NCBI GenBank assembly: GCA_028277605.1
Contig: JANQFZ010000027.1
Coordinates: 235-64,234, forward strand
DNA length: 64,000 bases
DNA from: Vallitaleaceae bacterium
GTDB lineage: Bacteria > Bacillota > Clostridia > Lachnospirales > Vallitaleaceae
Direction: 5' to 3'
Shown piece after piece: positions 1-9,871 of this stretch. Numbering within the stretch: the stretch's first letter is position 1; every line of letters starts with the position of its first letter. Under the pieces are notes generated by a model. The model was not told the DNA's origin and did not search any database. It saw only the letters and a list, made by a program, of their open reading frames with translations. The position numbers and the translations under genes are program-made.

Positions 1-343
1 ACTTCTGATGGTTCAGCTATACATCACTGCATAGGTTGTTATTTCAAATTTCATTTCCACAACTTATCCATCAGACCTCCCCAGGTAAGAACGTAATCTT
101 TCATCCCATATATCTGCCACATTTACTGCAATAACTTTCGGGTGATACGGACTTTGTTTTGTTATGCAAACTCATCCAACTATTACAGCCTTATATGTGA
201 TTCGTGTTCCTCAGACCGGAATTTTGCCTCCAGCTTCCTTCAGATTCCACCTCACGATGGACACCCTTGCTCTTGGCTAACACCTATATCACCTTCGGTG
301 TTCGGGACTTTCACCCTATAGATTACGCCCATGCTGGGCGCAC
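1..343 (-). mobile_element. Group II intron, 5' portion (domain I onward), class C (IIC)-like; continues beyond the left window edge
   Basis: The reverse complement from 343 reads GTGCGCCCAGCATGGGCG..TATAGGGTGAAAGTCCCGAAC..GGAATCTGAAGGAAGC..TAACAAAACAAAGTCC..TTACCTGGGGAGGTCTGATGG. This is a GUGYG 5' end plus domain-I motifs that, from memory, closely resemble the Oceanobacillus iheyensis IIC intron. The segment is GC-richer than its flanks and has no long ORF. Confidence 0.8.
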
Positions 344-347
344 ATAA

Positions 348-383
348 AAGAAGTACAGTCATGCAATTCAACTGTACTTCTTA
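348..383 (-). terminator. Rho-independent terminator of the sugar ABC operon; also the probable intron homing motif
   Basis: Perfect 12-bp stem AAGAAGTACAGT/ACTGTACTTCTT with an 11-nt loop, followed on the minus strand by TTTTAT. It lies 25 nt after the permease stop codon. Confidence 0.7.
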
Positions 384-407
384 ATATATCCATTCTATCT
401 TGTGATA

Positions 408-1283
408 TTAGCCTTTAACCGCTCCTGATACACCTTCTACATAATATCTCTGTGTAAATAAAAATACAATAGCAATAGGAATGGAAATAATCACACATCC
501 CGCATAAAACTGAGTATAATGATATTCAATAAATTCTGGTTCTAACATACTCCACAACCCTATAGCAACGGTATAGTACGCCCTATCTTGCCCTAAAATA
601 ACTTTTGCAAAAATATAATCAACCCAAGGTCCCATAAATGATGTTAAAAGGGTTAGAACAATAATAGGCTTAGATAAAGGAATACTAATTTTGGTGAAAA
701 CATCCCATTTGGTTGCTCCATCAATATAAGCAGCTTCATCAACCGACTTTGGTATAGTATCAAAGAAGCCTTTTGCAATATAAAATAGCAGTGCTGATCC
801 CGCCGAATAAACCATCACCAGGGCTACCAATTTCAGTGTTCCCACTTCTAATAATCCAAAACCCTTTAATATATAATAAACAGCAATCATTGCCATGAAT
901 CCAGGAAACATTCCTAGTATCATTGCGATATTCAAAAGCTTTTTACGCATCTTAAACCTAAGTCTAGACATAACATAGGCAACACATAATACAAAAAATG
1001 CTGATAATAAGCAAGTGCAAATAGCTACTGCTAATGTATTTTGAAACCATTTTGTAAAAATCAAACTACCTGTTTGCGAAAATAATTCTTTATAATTATT
1101 TAGTGTATACCCTTTTGGAAAGATATAGCTTTTATAGGTACCACCTTCTTCACGAAAAGAAGTCAATAAAACAAAGAAAATTGGTAAAATCCATATAAAT
1201 CCAAGAATAGATAAAGATATATGGGATAGAGAATTTGTAATAAATTGTCTTGTCTTAAAAACTTTAGCTGTTTTCTTCTTCAT
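408..1283 (-). CDS. Carbohydrate ABC transporter permease (MalG/CUT1 type)
   Basis: 291-aa multi-TM ORF with an EAA-type loop (IPKSVDEAAYIDGATKW). It lies 3 nt downstream of the partner permease. Confidence 0.85.
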   Translation of the reverse strand: MKKKTAKVFKTRQFITNSLSHISLSILGFIWILPIFFVLLTSFREEGGTYKSYIFPKGYTLNNYKELFSQTGSLIFTKWFQNTLAVAICTCLLSAFFVLCVAYVMSRLRFKMRKKLLNIAMILGMFPGFMAMIAVYYILKGFGLLEVGTLKLVALVMVYSAGSALLFYIAKGFFDTIPKSVDEAAYIDGATKWDVFTKISIPLSKPIIVLTLLTSFMGPWVDYIFAKVILGQDRAYYTVAIGLWSMLEPEFIEYHYTQFYAGCVIISIPIAIVFLFTQRYYVEGVSGAVKG

Positions 1284-1285
1284 TT

Positions 1286-2677
1286 TTACTGCAATGCCTC
1301 CTCGTCTTTATAAGATCCTGTATGGCGATAGGTTAATAAAGATAAAGTAGCAAGAATGATGAATACAATAATTCCTATAACCGCACCACTATTATAATCT
1401 TTGTTGGTAATCGTCAGCTTATAGAGCCAGGTTACTAACAAATCGGTCTTACCTGCATAATAGTAATCTATAGCCTCAGGTCCTCCTGCTGTTAACAAGA
1501 AAATCACATTGAAATTATTAATGTTACCAACAAACGTTGTGATAAGTGTTGGTGTTGTTACAAATAACATATAGGGTAAAGTGATTTTAAAAAATGTAAC
1601 AAAAGCATTTGCTCCATCTACCTTAGCAGCTTCATACAACTCTTTAGGAATATTCTGAAGTATCCCTGTCGTTGTAAGCATTGTAAAAGGCACGCCGATC
1701 CATAGATTGATGAAAATAATGGTTATCTTCGCAAATGTAGCATCAGTCAAAAATGGAATGGATTCCGTTATACCAATTAAGCCTATTGTTCTTAACAAAG
1801 CGTTAACAGGACCATTGGTATTAAAGATAGCTCTCATTGTAAGCAGAGATACAAATTGAGGCATTGCAATAGATAATACAAATAAGAATCTCCAAAAGCC
1901 TTTAAATCGTGTTCCTTTACGATTGATAAGAATCGCTAGAAGCATACCTAGAATATAGCAGGTAATTGTTGCTACAACCGCCCATAAAAGCGTCCATCTA
2001 AGTATGGGCCAAAAAGTATTGGCTAAGGCACTCCCTCTTGAAAACATGTTAACAAAGTTATCCACCCCTACCCACTCAAATAAATTTCCAGGAGGCTGAT
2101 GATCTTTATCAAAGCTGGTAAAGGCAATTAGAATCATAAAAACCAGTGGAATAACTGTAAAACATAAAACACCCATTATAGGTAAAAACAATAAGGATTT
2201 GTGAAGATTATCATGTTTCAAAGAGCGTAAGTAATCAATAAATTTTAGAATAGGTTTGCCAAGTTCTTTTCTTCTTTGTGTATTGTAGGCACTTTTTACA
2301 GATGTTACTAGAAATAGTATAAAACCAAATGTTATAAAAAGCGTAATCACGCCATAAAGCAAACAAAGCATGGAATTATCTCCCGGGATATATTCATATA
2401 TCTGCTTTGCTTCATTAAAGACTTCCTCTTGAACTCTGGTTCCTAGAGTCGTAAAGTCTATTATGGATTGTATTCCAAAAGTTATCATATAATAGATGTA
2501 TGCTATTTCCACTGATAAAAATATTAGTCCTACAACCATCTGCTTATGTACTAGATTACCTAAACCAAAAATTATCCCAGATAATTTGGTGGTTGTATTT
2601 CCTAATCTAAAGGCAGTTCCAAATCCATCTTTAATAGAAACGGAGCTCTTGGTTACTTTCCGCTTTTTGCCTGCCAT
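1286..2677 (-). CDS. Carbohydrate ABC transporter permease (MalF/MdxF type, long N-terminal extension)
   Basis: 463-aa multi-TM ORF with EAA loop IPKELYEAAKVDGANAF. Confidence 0.85.
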   Translation of the reverse strand: MAGKKRKVTKSSVSIKDGFGTAFRLGNTTTKLSGIIFGLGNLVHKQMVVGLIFLSVEIAYIYYMITFGIQSIIDFTTLGTRVQEEVFNEAKQIYEYIPGDNSMLCLLYGVITLFITFGFILFLVTSVKSAYNTQRRKELGKPILKFIDYLRSLKHDNLHKSLLFLPIMGVLCFTVIPLVFMILIAFTSFDKDHQPPGNLFEWVGVDNFVNMFSRGSALANTFWPILRWTLLWAVVATITCYILGMLLAILINRKGTRFKGFWRFLFVLSIAMPQFVSLLTMRAIFNTNGPVNALLRTIGLIGITESIPFLTDATFAKITIIFINLWIGVPFTMLTTTGILQNIPKELYEAAKVDGANAFVTFFKITLPYMLFVTTPTLITTFVGNINNFNVIFLLTAGGPEAIDYYYAGKTDLLVTWLYKLTITNKDYNSGAVIGIIVFIILATLSLLTYRHTGSYKDEEALQ

Positions 2678-2760
2678 ATTTCCACTCCTTCTTTAATTGA
2701 TATCAGAAACAGAATGTCCTAATTTAGGACATTCTGTAATTATAGTTTTGTTTTATAATC

Positions 2761-4053
2761 TTACTCTTCAACTTTTAATGTTGCAACAAATGTATCCATC
2801 TTTTCTTGGACATTATCTTTAGTTAAATCTCCAGTTCTTATCTCAGTTGCAACACCAGCGACATTAGCCCAATATCTTGAATTAAACTCTACAGATGTAG
2901 GCTGCATGACTGAAGCTGTATTAGCTTCTTCTACTATAACAGAAGCTAATGCATTACTCTGAACAACTTCTGATTCTCCTGCTTTTTTATTAGTAGGAAC
3001 TTGTGCTGTATCTATGAAACGCTGACGCTGCATTTCTTCTCCACCAATATAAGCTGCAAAAGCAACTGCTACAGCAGGATAAGTAGCCTGTGAGTTAACC
3101 CCGATAGCTTTAGAGCCATAGAACCCTTTTAGCTGATAATCATTTCCGTCAGGGTTAAAAGTAGGAATTATAGCCATCCCTAAGTTGTCCCCTAATTCTT
3201 TCTTATATAGTTCGTAATTCCAAGAACCATCAAACCAAGCACCAATCCTATGTTCACCAGCTAATTCAGATATAGATACATCGTCTTTGTAAGCACATTT
3301 AGGATTATTAATTAAATCGATTAGATAATTAGTTACAGCTATCCCTTTTTCACTATTCCAATTGCAGCCAGCCGCAAAATCTGTTTGACTTTCTCCATAA
3401 ATCGTTAACCCTGCACCATAATACCAAGAACCTAGCATCCATCCACCAGCTGAATCAAAACAGTAATTGTAGACATTATCCGCTGTTTCTTTTGCCATGA
3501 TACTCTCTATAGATTTAACATCATCTTCTGTTAAAAGCGTCTTATCATAGTACATAAAGAATGTATTATGAGTAAATGGTATAGCATAAATTGCATCATC
3601 AACCGTTACTGTTTTAACTACCGCATCTGCCATAGTAGTTTTAACCATTTCAGCTGTTGAGCCACCTAATTTAGCAATAGATCCAGCTTTAACAAGCTCT
3701 GATAATTGGTCATTAGCAAAGAAAAAAACATCTCCTGCCGCTGTAATATCCTTAAGAATTTCATCCTTTGCTTTATCTTCACCTTGTGCTTCCACAGTAA
3801 AGTCTATATCCCATTCAGGATGTAATGCTTGGAAAGATTGAATCATAGAATCTATTGAACCTGTTTGTATAGCACGCTCTGGTGCCCAGATTTTTAGTGT
3901 AACTGCTTCTGGTTGATTATTGTCAGTCTCTGAATTATTATCAACTGTATTTTCTCCTCCACTGGTGTTTTGTGTGTTGTCAGAGTTTCCACATCCAATA
4001 ATTGAGAACATTAATGTAGCAACCATAAGTAATGATAACAATTTCTTTTTCAT
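2761..4053 (-). CDS. Extracellular sugar-binding lipoprotein of the ABC transporter (MalE/MdxE-like)
   Basis: 430 aa with a lipoprotein signal ending IIGC. It is the first gene of an SBP-permease-permease operon downstream of a LacI gene. Confidence 0.8.
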   Translation of the reverse strand: MKKKLLSLLMVATLMFSIIGCGNSDNTQNTSGGENTVDNNSETDNNQPEAVTLKIWAPERAIQTGSIDSMIQSFQALHPEWDIDFTVEAQGEDKAKDEILKDITAAGDVFFFANDQLSELVKAGSIAKLGGSTAEMVKTTMADAVVKTVTVDDAIYAIPFTHNTFFMYYDKTLLTEDDVKSIESIMAKETADNVYNYCFDSAGGWMLGSWYYGAGLTIYGESQTDFAAGCNWNSEKGIAVTNYLIDLINNPKCAYKDDVSISELAGEHRIGAWFDGSWNYELYKKELGDNLGMAIIPTFNPDGNDYQLKGFYGSKAIGVNSQATYPAVAVAFAAYIGGEEMQRQRFIDTAQVPTNKKAGESEVVQSNALASVIVEEANTASVMQPTSVEFNSRYWANVAGVATEIRTGDLTKDNVQEKMDTFVATLKVEE

Positions 4054-4143
4054 TTATTCTTTCTCCTTTTCTATGTAACCTTATTATTTTATTATAAAAT
4101 GTGTATCCACATCTTACTAACTGTTCAAAAATACTTTTCACAT

Positions 4144-5139
4144 TTATCTGTTAATAATATCAAAATAATTGATTGTACACACATCATAGGGTATCTCAAC
4201 ATACCGCCCTTTATCTCCATCCAAAAGCCTTTTTAATTCATCAAAAGCTATCATAGATTTCTTTTTAAAATTTTGCTTGACTGTATTCATTGTACTACTT
4301 ACATACCCGACTAATGTTATTCCATCAAAACCGCATACTGGTTTGGTTATACCATTTTCAATTAATACAAATTGTGCTCCTATAGCCATCAAATCAGATG
4401 CACATATAATTATATCCACATCATTTATATACTCTAGGGTAATTGCTCTCGCTTTGCTTTCATTAAAATCTCCATATCTAATAGTAAGTTCAAATTCAAG
4501 CTCCTGCTTAAGCCTCTTTATAGCATTTAATCTCTGAGTGGTAATATACCCACCCTGACCTCCTGCTATATATAATACCTTATCAGCCTTGTGGGTTTGT
4601 TCTATAGTCTTCTTAGCAACCTCATATTGAGCCATATAGTGATTAATAGATACTGAAGAAGTCTTAGGATTTACATAGTTGGAGTCTACTAAGACACAAT
4701 TGAAATCTTGTTTTTCAATGATGTCTATAATATTTTTATTTTCCGTAGACAAATTATAGATGATTAAGCAATTAATACTATGAGACTTTAAAGTAGCACT
4801 AACTTGTTTAGATGTCATATCATCAAATTGTGAACTAAAAAAGGTAATAACGTCGATACGATAGTCTTTTGCTTTTTCAAATGCCCCAATAAAGTAATGC
4901 ATATCAATTTCATCAAGAAATTGACTGTTATGACGTATATCCATAATAAGTCCAACTCTATTAAACTCCTTTTTTGAAAGTGAAACAGCAACGGAGTTTG
5001 GAACATAATTGAGTTCTTTTACAGCTTTTTCTACCTTTAATCGTGTTTCTTCACTAACCAGCTGATAATGATTCAATACTTTTGATACTGTTGATTTTGC
5101 TACACCAGCTTTCTTAGCCACATCATTGATAGACGTCAT
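4144..5139 (-). CDS. LacI family transcriptional regulator
   Basis: HTH MTSINDVAKKAGVAKSTVSKVLN plus a sugar-binding domain. I prefer the ATG at 5139 (AAGGAGA RBS about 7 nt upstream) over the longer ORF start at 5184. Confidence 0.85.
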   Translation of the reverse strand: MTSINDVAKKAGVAKSTVSKVLNHYQLVSEETRLKVEKAVKELNYVPNSVAVSLSKKEFNRVGLIMDIRHNSQFLDEIDMHYFIGAFEKAKDYRIDVITFFSSQFDDMTSKQVSATLKSHSINCLIIYNLSTENKNIIDIIEKQDFNCVLVDSNYVNPKTSSVSINHYMAQYEVAKKTIEQTHKADKVLYIAGGQGGYITTQRLNAIKRLKQELEFELTIRYGDFNESKARAITLEYINDVDIIICASDLMAIGAQFVLIENGITKPVCGFDGITLVGYVSSTMNTVKQNFKKKSMIAFDELKRLLDGDKGRYVEIPYDVCTINYFDIINR

Positions 5140-5406
5140 AATTAATCTCCTTAGGAAAACGGTTTCTTTATTGATATTATACAACTACAGTTTTTACTTG
5201 TCAATTATTTTTTGACATTTTTTATGCTAATTCTCTATAGACTCATGTTTTTTGACAAATTTATGAAATTAATTATGTGAAATTATTCCAGTTTAACACC
5301 AGGATATTCAAGTATTATAATCCCTTTGATAGAATGCCTTCATTAAATGATTCACACGTAATCTACTATTATTTAATAAGATTTTACTATAAGTATGAGT
5401 GGATAG

Positions 5407-5437
5407 AAAATAACACCTCCTAATAACAGGAGGTGTT
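5407..5437 (-). terminator. Rho-independent terminator after oppF
   Basis: Stem AACACCTCCT/AGGAGGTGTT with a 6-nt loop and a U-rich tail on the minus strand, directly after the oppF stop. Confidence 0.6.
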
Positions 5438-5443
5438 TACAGA

Positions 5444-6391
5444 CTATTTTCCTTGTAATTCTACTTCATAATCATTTAACTCACTATCTGAACCGTATAT
5501 CCAATGTCCTTTTCGTATTTCTAACCACTTAGGCTTTTCTTGGCTATAATTATGAATCGATGGATCATATCCTATACGCTTACGTCTTCTTTCCGTTCTT
5601 GGATCTGGAAGAGGAATAGCGGAAAGTAAAGATTTAGTATACGGATGTAGAGGTGCATGATAAAGCTCATCACTCGGTGCAATCTCTACAATCTTACCCT
5701 TGTTCATAACCGCAACACGGTCACTGATATATTTGACCATAGATAAGTCATGAGCAATAAATAAATAGGTCAATCCTCTTTCTTTTTTTAGTTGATTCAT
5801 TAGATTAACAACCTGCGCTTGTATAGATACGTCAAGGGCTGATATTGGCTCATCAGCTATAATAAAGCTTGGTTCAATGGCCAGTGCTCTTGCAATACCA
5901 ATTCTCTGTCTCTGACCACCTGAGAATTCATGAGGATATCTATTAGCATGCTCTCTGTTTAGCCCTACCGTTTCAAGCAGTTCAAAAACTTTATTAAGTC
6001 TATCCTTTTTTGAAGTTGCTAAATTATGAACATCTATACCCTCTGCTATAATATCTTCAACTTTCATTCTTCCGTTTAAGGACGCTTGAGGATCTTGAAA
6101 TATCATTTGCATTTTTTTATTAAAAGCTTTCTTTTTAGAATGTGACAATTTCGTGTCTACTCTCTGACCCTCAAACCAAACCTCACCACTTGTCGGCTGA
6201 TACAGCTTTATAATCGCTCTACCTGTAGTAGATTTACCAGAACCAGATTCCCCTACTAATCCGAAAGTTTCCCCTTTATATATTTCGAAGGATATATCAT
6301 CTACAGCTTTTACGACAGAACGCTTATCTAATCTAAAGTATTGTTTTAAATGCTTAACCTCTAGTATAACTTCTCTTTCTTCTACGCTCAT
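5444..6391 (-). CDS. oppF: Oligopeptide ABC transporter ATP-binding protein OppF
   Basis: Walker [10 protein letters not shown], signature FSGGQRQR, Walker B IIADEP and the C-terminal oligopeptide-type extension. I prefer the ATG at 6391 (AAGGAGGG RBS, TAATG overlap with oppD). Confidence 0.85.
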   Translation of the reverse strand: MSVEEREVILEVKHLKQYFRLDKRSVVKAVDDISFEIYKGETFGLVGESGSGKSTTGRAIIKLYQPTSGEVWFEGQRVDTKLSHSKKKAFNKKMQMIFQDPQASLNGRMKVEDIIAEGIDVHNLATSKKDRLNKVFELLETVGLNREHANRYPHEFSGGQRQRIGIARALAIEPSFIIADEPISALDVSIQAQVVNLMNQLKKERGLTYLFIAHDLSMVKYISDRVAVMNKGKIVEIAPSDELYHAPLHPYTKSLLSAIPLPDPRTERRRKRIGYDPSIHNYSQEKPKWLEIRKGHWIYGSDSELNDYEVELQGK

Positions 6392-7422
6392 TATTTCCCT
6401 CCTTCTGCCCATAGCTTCTGAATAACAGATGGCGGTGTTACTTTGGGCGCATTTTCATGTAATAACCACGTCGCCGCATAATGTGTGTCTGTTATTTTAA
6501 AGAACGGCGGCTCTTGCTCATGATCAATCTTCAATGCATATTGACTTCTAAGTGCAAACGCATCTCCGACAGGAGGGTTTAGTAAGTCTGGTGGTGAACC
6601 TGGAATAGAATACAACGCTTCATCATCTGTATCTAAACTAGGCATAGATGCTAATAGTCCCCATGTATAAGGATGCTGCGGCTGGTAAAAGACTTCATCG
6701 GATGTACCGATTTCAACAATCTTACCTGCATACATAACAGCAACTCGGTCTGCAACATTAGCAACAACACCTAAATCATGTGTAATAAATATAACTGCTA
6801 CACCCGTCTTTGCCTGTAAATCTTTAATTAACTCAAGTATTTGAGCTTGAATGGTAACATCTAAAGCAGTGGTAGGTTCATCTGCAATAAGTATTTTCGG
6901 GTTACAAGACAAAGCTATAGCAATAACAATCCTCTGTCTCATACCACCTGAAAATTGGTGTGGATATTGCTTAAATCTCTTGTCTGGCTGGTCAATACCA
7001 ACCAATTCAATAAGCTCTATTGCTTTCTGTCGAGCTTCACTTCTATTTAATCCCTGATGCTTAATGATACCTTCCATAATTTGCTTGCCTATAGTCATAA
7101 CAGGGTTAAGTGACGTCATAGGATCTTGAAAAATCATAGCGATATCTTTTCCACGCACTTTTTGAAGCTCATCTTCATTTAATTGTGTTATCTCTTTCTC
7201 TTCAAATAAGATTGATGAATCTTTTTTTATTTGACCATTAGAAGCAATAATACCCATTAAGGCTTTTGTTGCTACTGATTTACCAGAACCTGATTCTCCA
7301 ACAATAGCTAAAGTCTCACCTTCATGCAAGTCAAAAGTAATCCCTCTAACTGCCTGCACTTCTCCTCCATGCGTTTCAAAGGAGACTTGTAGATTTTTAA
7401 CCTGTAATATTTTCTTTGCCAT
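6391..7422 (-). CDS. oppD: Oligopeptide ABC transporter ATP-binding protein OppD
   Basis: Walker [10 protein letters not shown], signature FSGGMRQR, Walker B LIADEPT. The ATG at 7422 has AAGGAG 8 nt upstream. Confidence 0.85.
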   Translation of the reverse strand: MAKKILQVKNLQVSFETHGGEVQAVRGITFDLHEGETLAIVGESGSGKSVATKALMGIIASNGQIKKDSSILFEEKEITQLNEDELQKVRGKDIAMIFQDPMTSLNPVMTIGKQIMEGIIKHQGLNRSEARQKAIELIELVGIDQPDKRFKQYPHQFSGGMRQRIVIAIALSCNPKILIADEPTTALDVTIQAQILELIKDLQAKTGVAVIFITHDLGVVANVADRVAVMYAGKIVEIGTSDEVFYQPQHPYTWGLLASMPSLDTDDEALYSIPGSPPDLLNPPVGDAFALRSQYALKIDHEQEPPFFKITDTHYAATWLLHENAPKVTPPSVIQKLWAEGGK

Positions 7423-7437
7423 GAACAATTCTCCTTT

Positions 7438-8739
7438 CTATTTATTACGCAACTTAGGATCTAGTGCATCTCTTAATCCATTAGCAAATAAGTTTAAAGC
7501 TAACATTAATAGACATATAACGGTTGATGGTATAATCATTAAGTATGGATAACCAGCCCTGAGTAATTGATATCCTTCATTTATAAGAACACCTAAGGAT
7601 GCTTGAGGTGCTGGAAGTCCTAAACCTATGAAAGCTAAAAATGCTTCATAAAAAATAGCATTAGGAACTGAAAAAGTGGTTACAATAATAATCTGTCCCA
7701 TAACATTAGGAATCAAGTGTTTCATAATAAGCCTAGATGAACTTGTTCCTAATGTTCTAGCCGCCAAAACAAATTCTTGATTCTTCAACTTAAGGATTTG
7801 TGCACGAACTATACGCGCCATACTCATCCAGCCTGTTAAACCTATTGCTAAAGCAATAGACATAAGCCCAGGTTCAAGAATTAGGATCAAAATAGTAACA
7901 ATTACTAAAACAGGGATACTCCATATGACTTCTATAATTCTCATAAGTACAATATCTACTTTGCCACCAAAATAACCCGCACATGATCCATAGGTTACTC
8001 CAACCAGCAAGTCAATGACTGCTGCTAGTAATCCAATGAAGATTGATATTCTCGTTCCATACCAAACACGTGTAAATAAATCTCTTCCTAATTCATCTGT
8101 ACCAAACCAAAAATATTTATCTTCAATACCTAAATCCTGATACACATTAATGCCATCTCTAACTCCATCAAAAAGACCTAGCTTTTCTAGTCCAGGAACT
8201 CTAGGCGGAATCGTGTTGCCAGGAGATCTAGGCCATTCTTTACCTGTATATTTGAAATACTCAACTAACATCTGATCCAACTCATTTTCGTCAGCTGATA
8301 TTACCTTATCATGTGCATTTTCTTTAATTGCTTTCTCAACAGTTCTATCAAACTGCTTTCTTTTAGTTTCTGGATCTCTCCCCTTATCTTCCCAATACTT
8401 TTTAAATATGGTTTCTTTTTCTTCATCAGTGATTTCATCAATGATCTGAACCATAATATACTCTTTTGCTAAATCTTGTTTTTCTTCTAAAGTAAATTGC
8501 TTATCAATATAGATGGTTTCTTTGTATGTATAGGGTGATATTATAGGACCGATAATAGCAATAATTGTTAATAGAATAATTATCCAAATAGATAAAACAG
8601 CAGCTTTATTCTCTTTTAATCTAAGCCAAGCATCCTTCCAAAAACTAAGACTTGGTTTGTTTATTTTTTCCTTTAAAGTAGCGTCAACAGGAGCAAACTC
8701 AAATAGTTCTTTTGTCAGCTTTTTTTTATTAAAAGTCAA
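7438..8739 (-). CDS. oppC: Oligopeptide ABC transporter permease OppC (with a large extracytoplasmic insertion)
   Basis: 433 aa. The C-terminal 220 aa form a typical OppC/DppC permease core. TTG start with a GGAGGG RBS, overlapping the oppB stop. Confidence 0.8.
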   Translation of the reverse strand: MTFNKKKLTKELFEFAPVDATLKEKINKPSLSFWKDAWLRLKENKAAVLSIWIIILLTIIAIIGPIISPYTYKETIYIDKQFTLEEKQDLAKEYIMVQIIDEITDEEKETIFKKYWEDKGRDPETKRKQFDRTVEKAIKENAHDKVISADENELDQMLVEYFKYTGKEWPRSPGNTIPPRVPGLEKLGLFDGVRDGINVYQDLGIEDKYFWFGTDELGRDLFTRVWYGTRISIFIGLLAAVIDLLVGVTYGSCAGYFGGKVDIVLMRIIEVIWSIPVLVIVTILILILEPGLMSIALAIGLTGWMSMARIVRAQILKLKNQEFVLAARTLGTSSSRLIMKHLIPNVMGQIIIVTTFSVPNAIFYEAFLAFIGLGLPAPQASLGVLINEGYQLLRAGYPYLMIIPSTVICLLMLALNLFANGLRDALDPKLRNK

Positions 8740-9668
8740 TTTTTCATCCCTCCTGAAACGCGTATTCTAGGATCTATTACACCATAAATAACATCTATAA
8801 TAAGTAAAATCACTATAAATAGCAAACTATAAAAAATAGCACAACCTAATATAACAAAGTGATCTCGCGTATTGATACCATCTACCATTAAATTACCTAT
8901 ACCTGGTATCCCAAAAATACGTTCAATAACGGTCGACCCCCCAATGAGAACAATAGTAGCAGGACCAAGGACTGTTATAACTGGTATTAACGCATTCCTT
9001 ATTGCATGCTTATAGACAACTGCCCTTCGTGTTAATCCTTTCGCCCTAGCCAACAGAATATAGTCACTGTTAAAAATTTCAACAAGCTCAGTACGCATAT
9101 ATCGAGCAGTAGAAGCAATAATTGGATAAGCTAGTGCAACGGCAGGAAGAATAAATGACCTTGGATCACCTATTTTATAGATAATCGGAACCAAATCTAG
9201 TTTTAATCCGAAAAACAACTGTAACACTGCTCCAAATACAAAACCTGGAATGGATACTCCTAAAATAGCAACTGTAATTGTAAAATAATCCCAGAAAGAA
9301 TTTCTATTTAAAGCCGCAACAGAGCCTAAAAAAAGACCAATAACAGCTCCAATAAGTAATGCTAAGCCTCCGACTTTTATTGTATGTGGTAATTTTCCAT
9401 AAATTAAGTCTGCAACTGGAATATTTGTATTAATAATGGATATGCCAAAGTCACCCTGTACAATTTTACTTAAATAGCGAACATATTGCACTGGAAGAGG
9501 ATCGTTAAATCCATAAGCTTCGTTTAGCATTTCAATTTGTTCAGTTGTTAGTTTTTCGCTATTAAAGGGAGAGCCTGGTAATAGTTGAAGTAAAAAGAAA
9601 TTAATAGTAATAATTAAGATCATCGTAACAATACCGATCATTATACGCTCAAGTATATACTTAATCAA
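8736..9668 (-). CDS. oppB: Oligopeptide ABC transporter permease OppB
   Basis: 310 aa, 6 TM, OppB/DppB-like (LLQLLPGSPF, ARAKGL motif). TTG start with a GGAGG RBS. Confidence 0.85.
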   Translation of the reverse strand: MIKYILERIMIGIVTMILIITINFFLLQLLPGSPFNSEKLTTEQIEMLNEAYGFNDPLPVQYVRYLSKIVQGDFGISIINTNIPVADLIYGKLPHTIKVGGLALLIGAVIGLFLGSVAALNRNSFWDYFTITVAILGVSIPGFVFGAVLQLFFGLKLDLVPIIYKIGDPRSFILPAVALAYPIIASTARYMRTELVEIFNSDYILLARAKGLTRRAVVYKHAIRNALIPVITVLGPATIVLIGGSTVIERIFGIPGIGNLMVDGINTRDHFVILGCAIFYSLLFIVILLIIDVIYGVIDPRIRVSGGMKN

Positions 9669-9701
9669 GATGACACCTCCAATAATTTTTTATCATTTAC
9701 A

Positions 9702-9754
9702 AGCTTCTTACCACTAGACTTCCACTTCACGCGGAAGTTAAGTGGTAAGAAGCT
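9702..9754 (-). promoter_or_regulatory. Long compound hairpin between oppA and oppB
   Basis: Perfect 14-bp outer stem AGCTTCTTACCACT/AGTGGTAAGAAGCT enclosing an inner stem ACTTCC/GGAAGT. Confidence 0.4.
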
Positions 9755-9810
9755 GCAACACCCTTTAATTCTTTCATTAATTAAATTGTCAAAGTTACTT
9801 ATAACCAATT

Positions 9811-9844
9811 AAAAGCATTTTGCCTTAAGGCAAAATGCTTTTTA
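9811..9844 (-). terminator. Intrinsic (probably partial) terminator just after oppA
   Basis: AAAAGCATTTTGCC-TTAA-GGCAAAATGCTTTT palindrome 28 nt after the oppA stop. A/T runs on both sides make it bidirectional in form. Confidence 0.55.
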
Positions 9845-9871
9845 GACTGTTATGCTATTAATTAAAAGATA

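Noticed and set aside
4815-5006. Small same-strand out-of-frame ORFs inside larger genes (also 22310-22606, 33418-33612, 42664-42858, 47222-47410, 48080-48307, 58690-58875)
   Set aside because: They are embedded in alternative frames of confidently assigned genes, with no independent evidence of coding.
408-5139. Missing ATPase gene in the MalEFG-like operon (and in the 48671-51955 importer) as an anomaly
   Set aside because: CUT1 sugar ABC systems in Firmicutes commonly share a single MsmK/MsmX-type ATPase encoded elsewhere.
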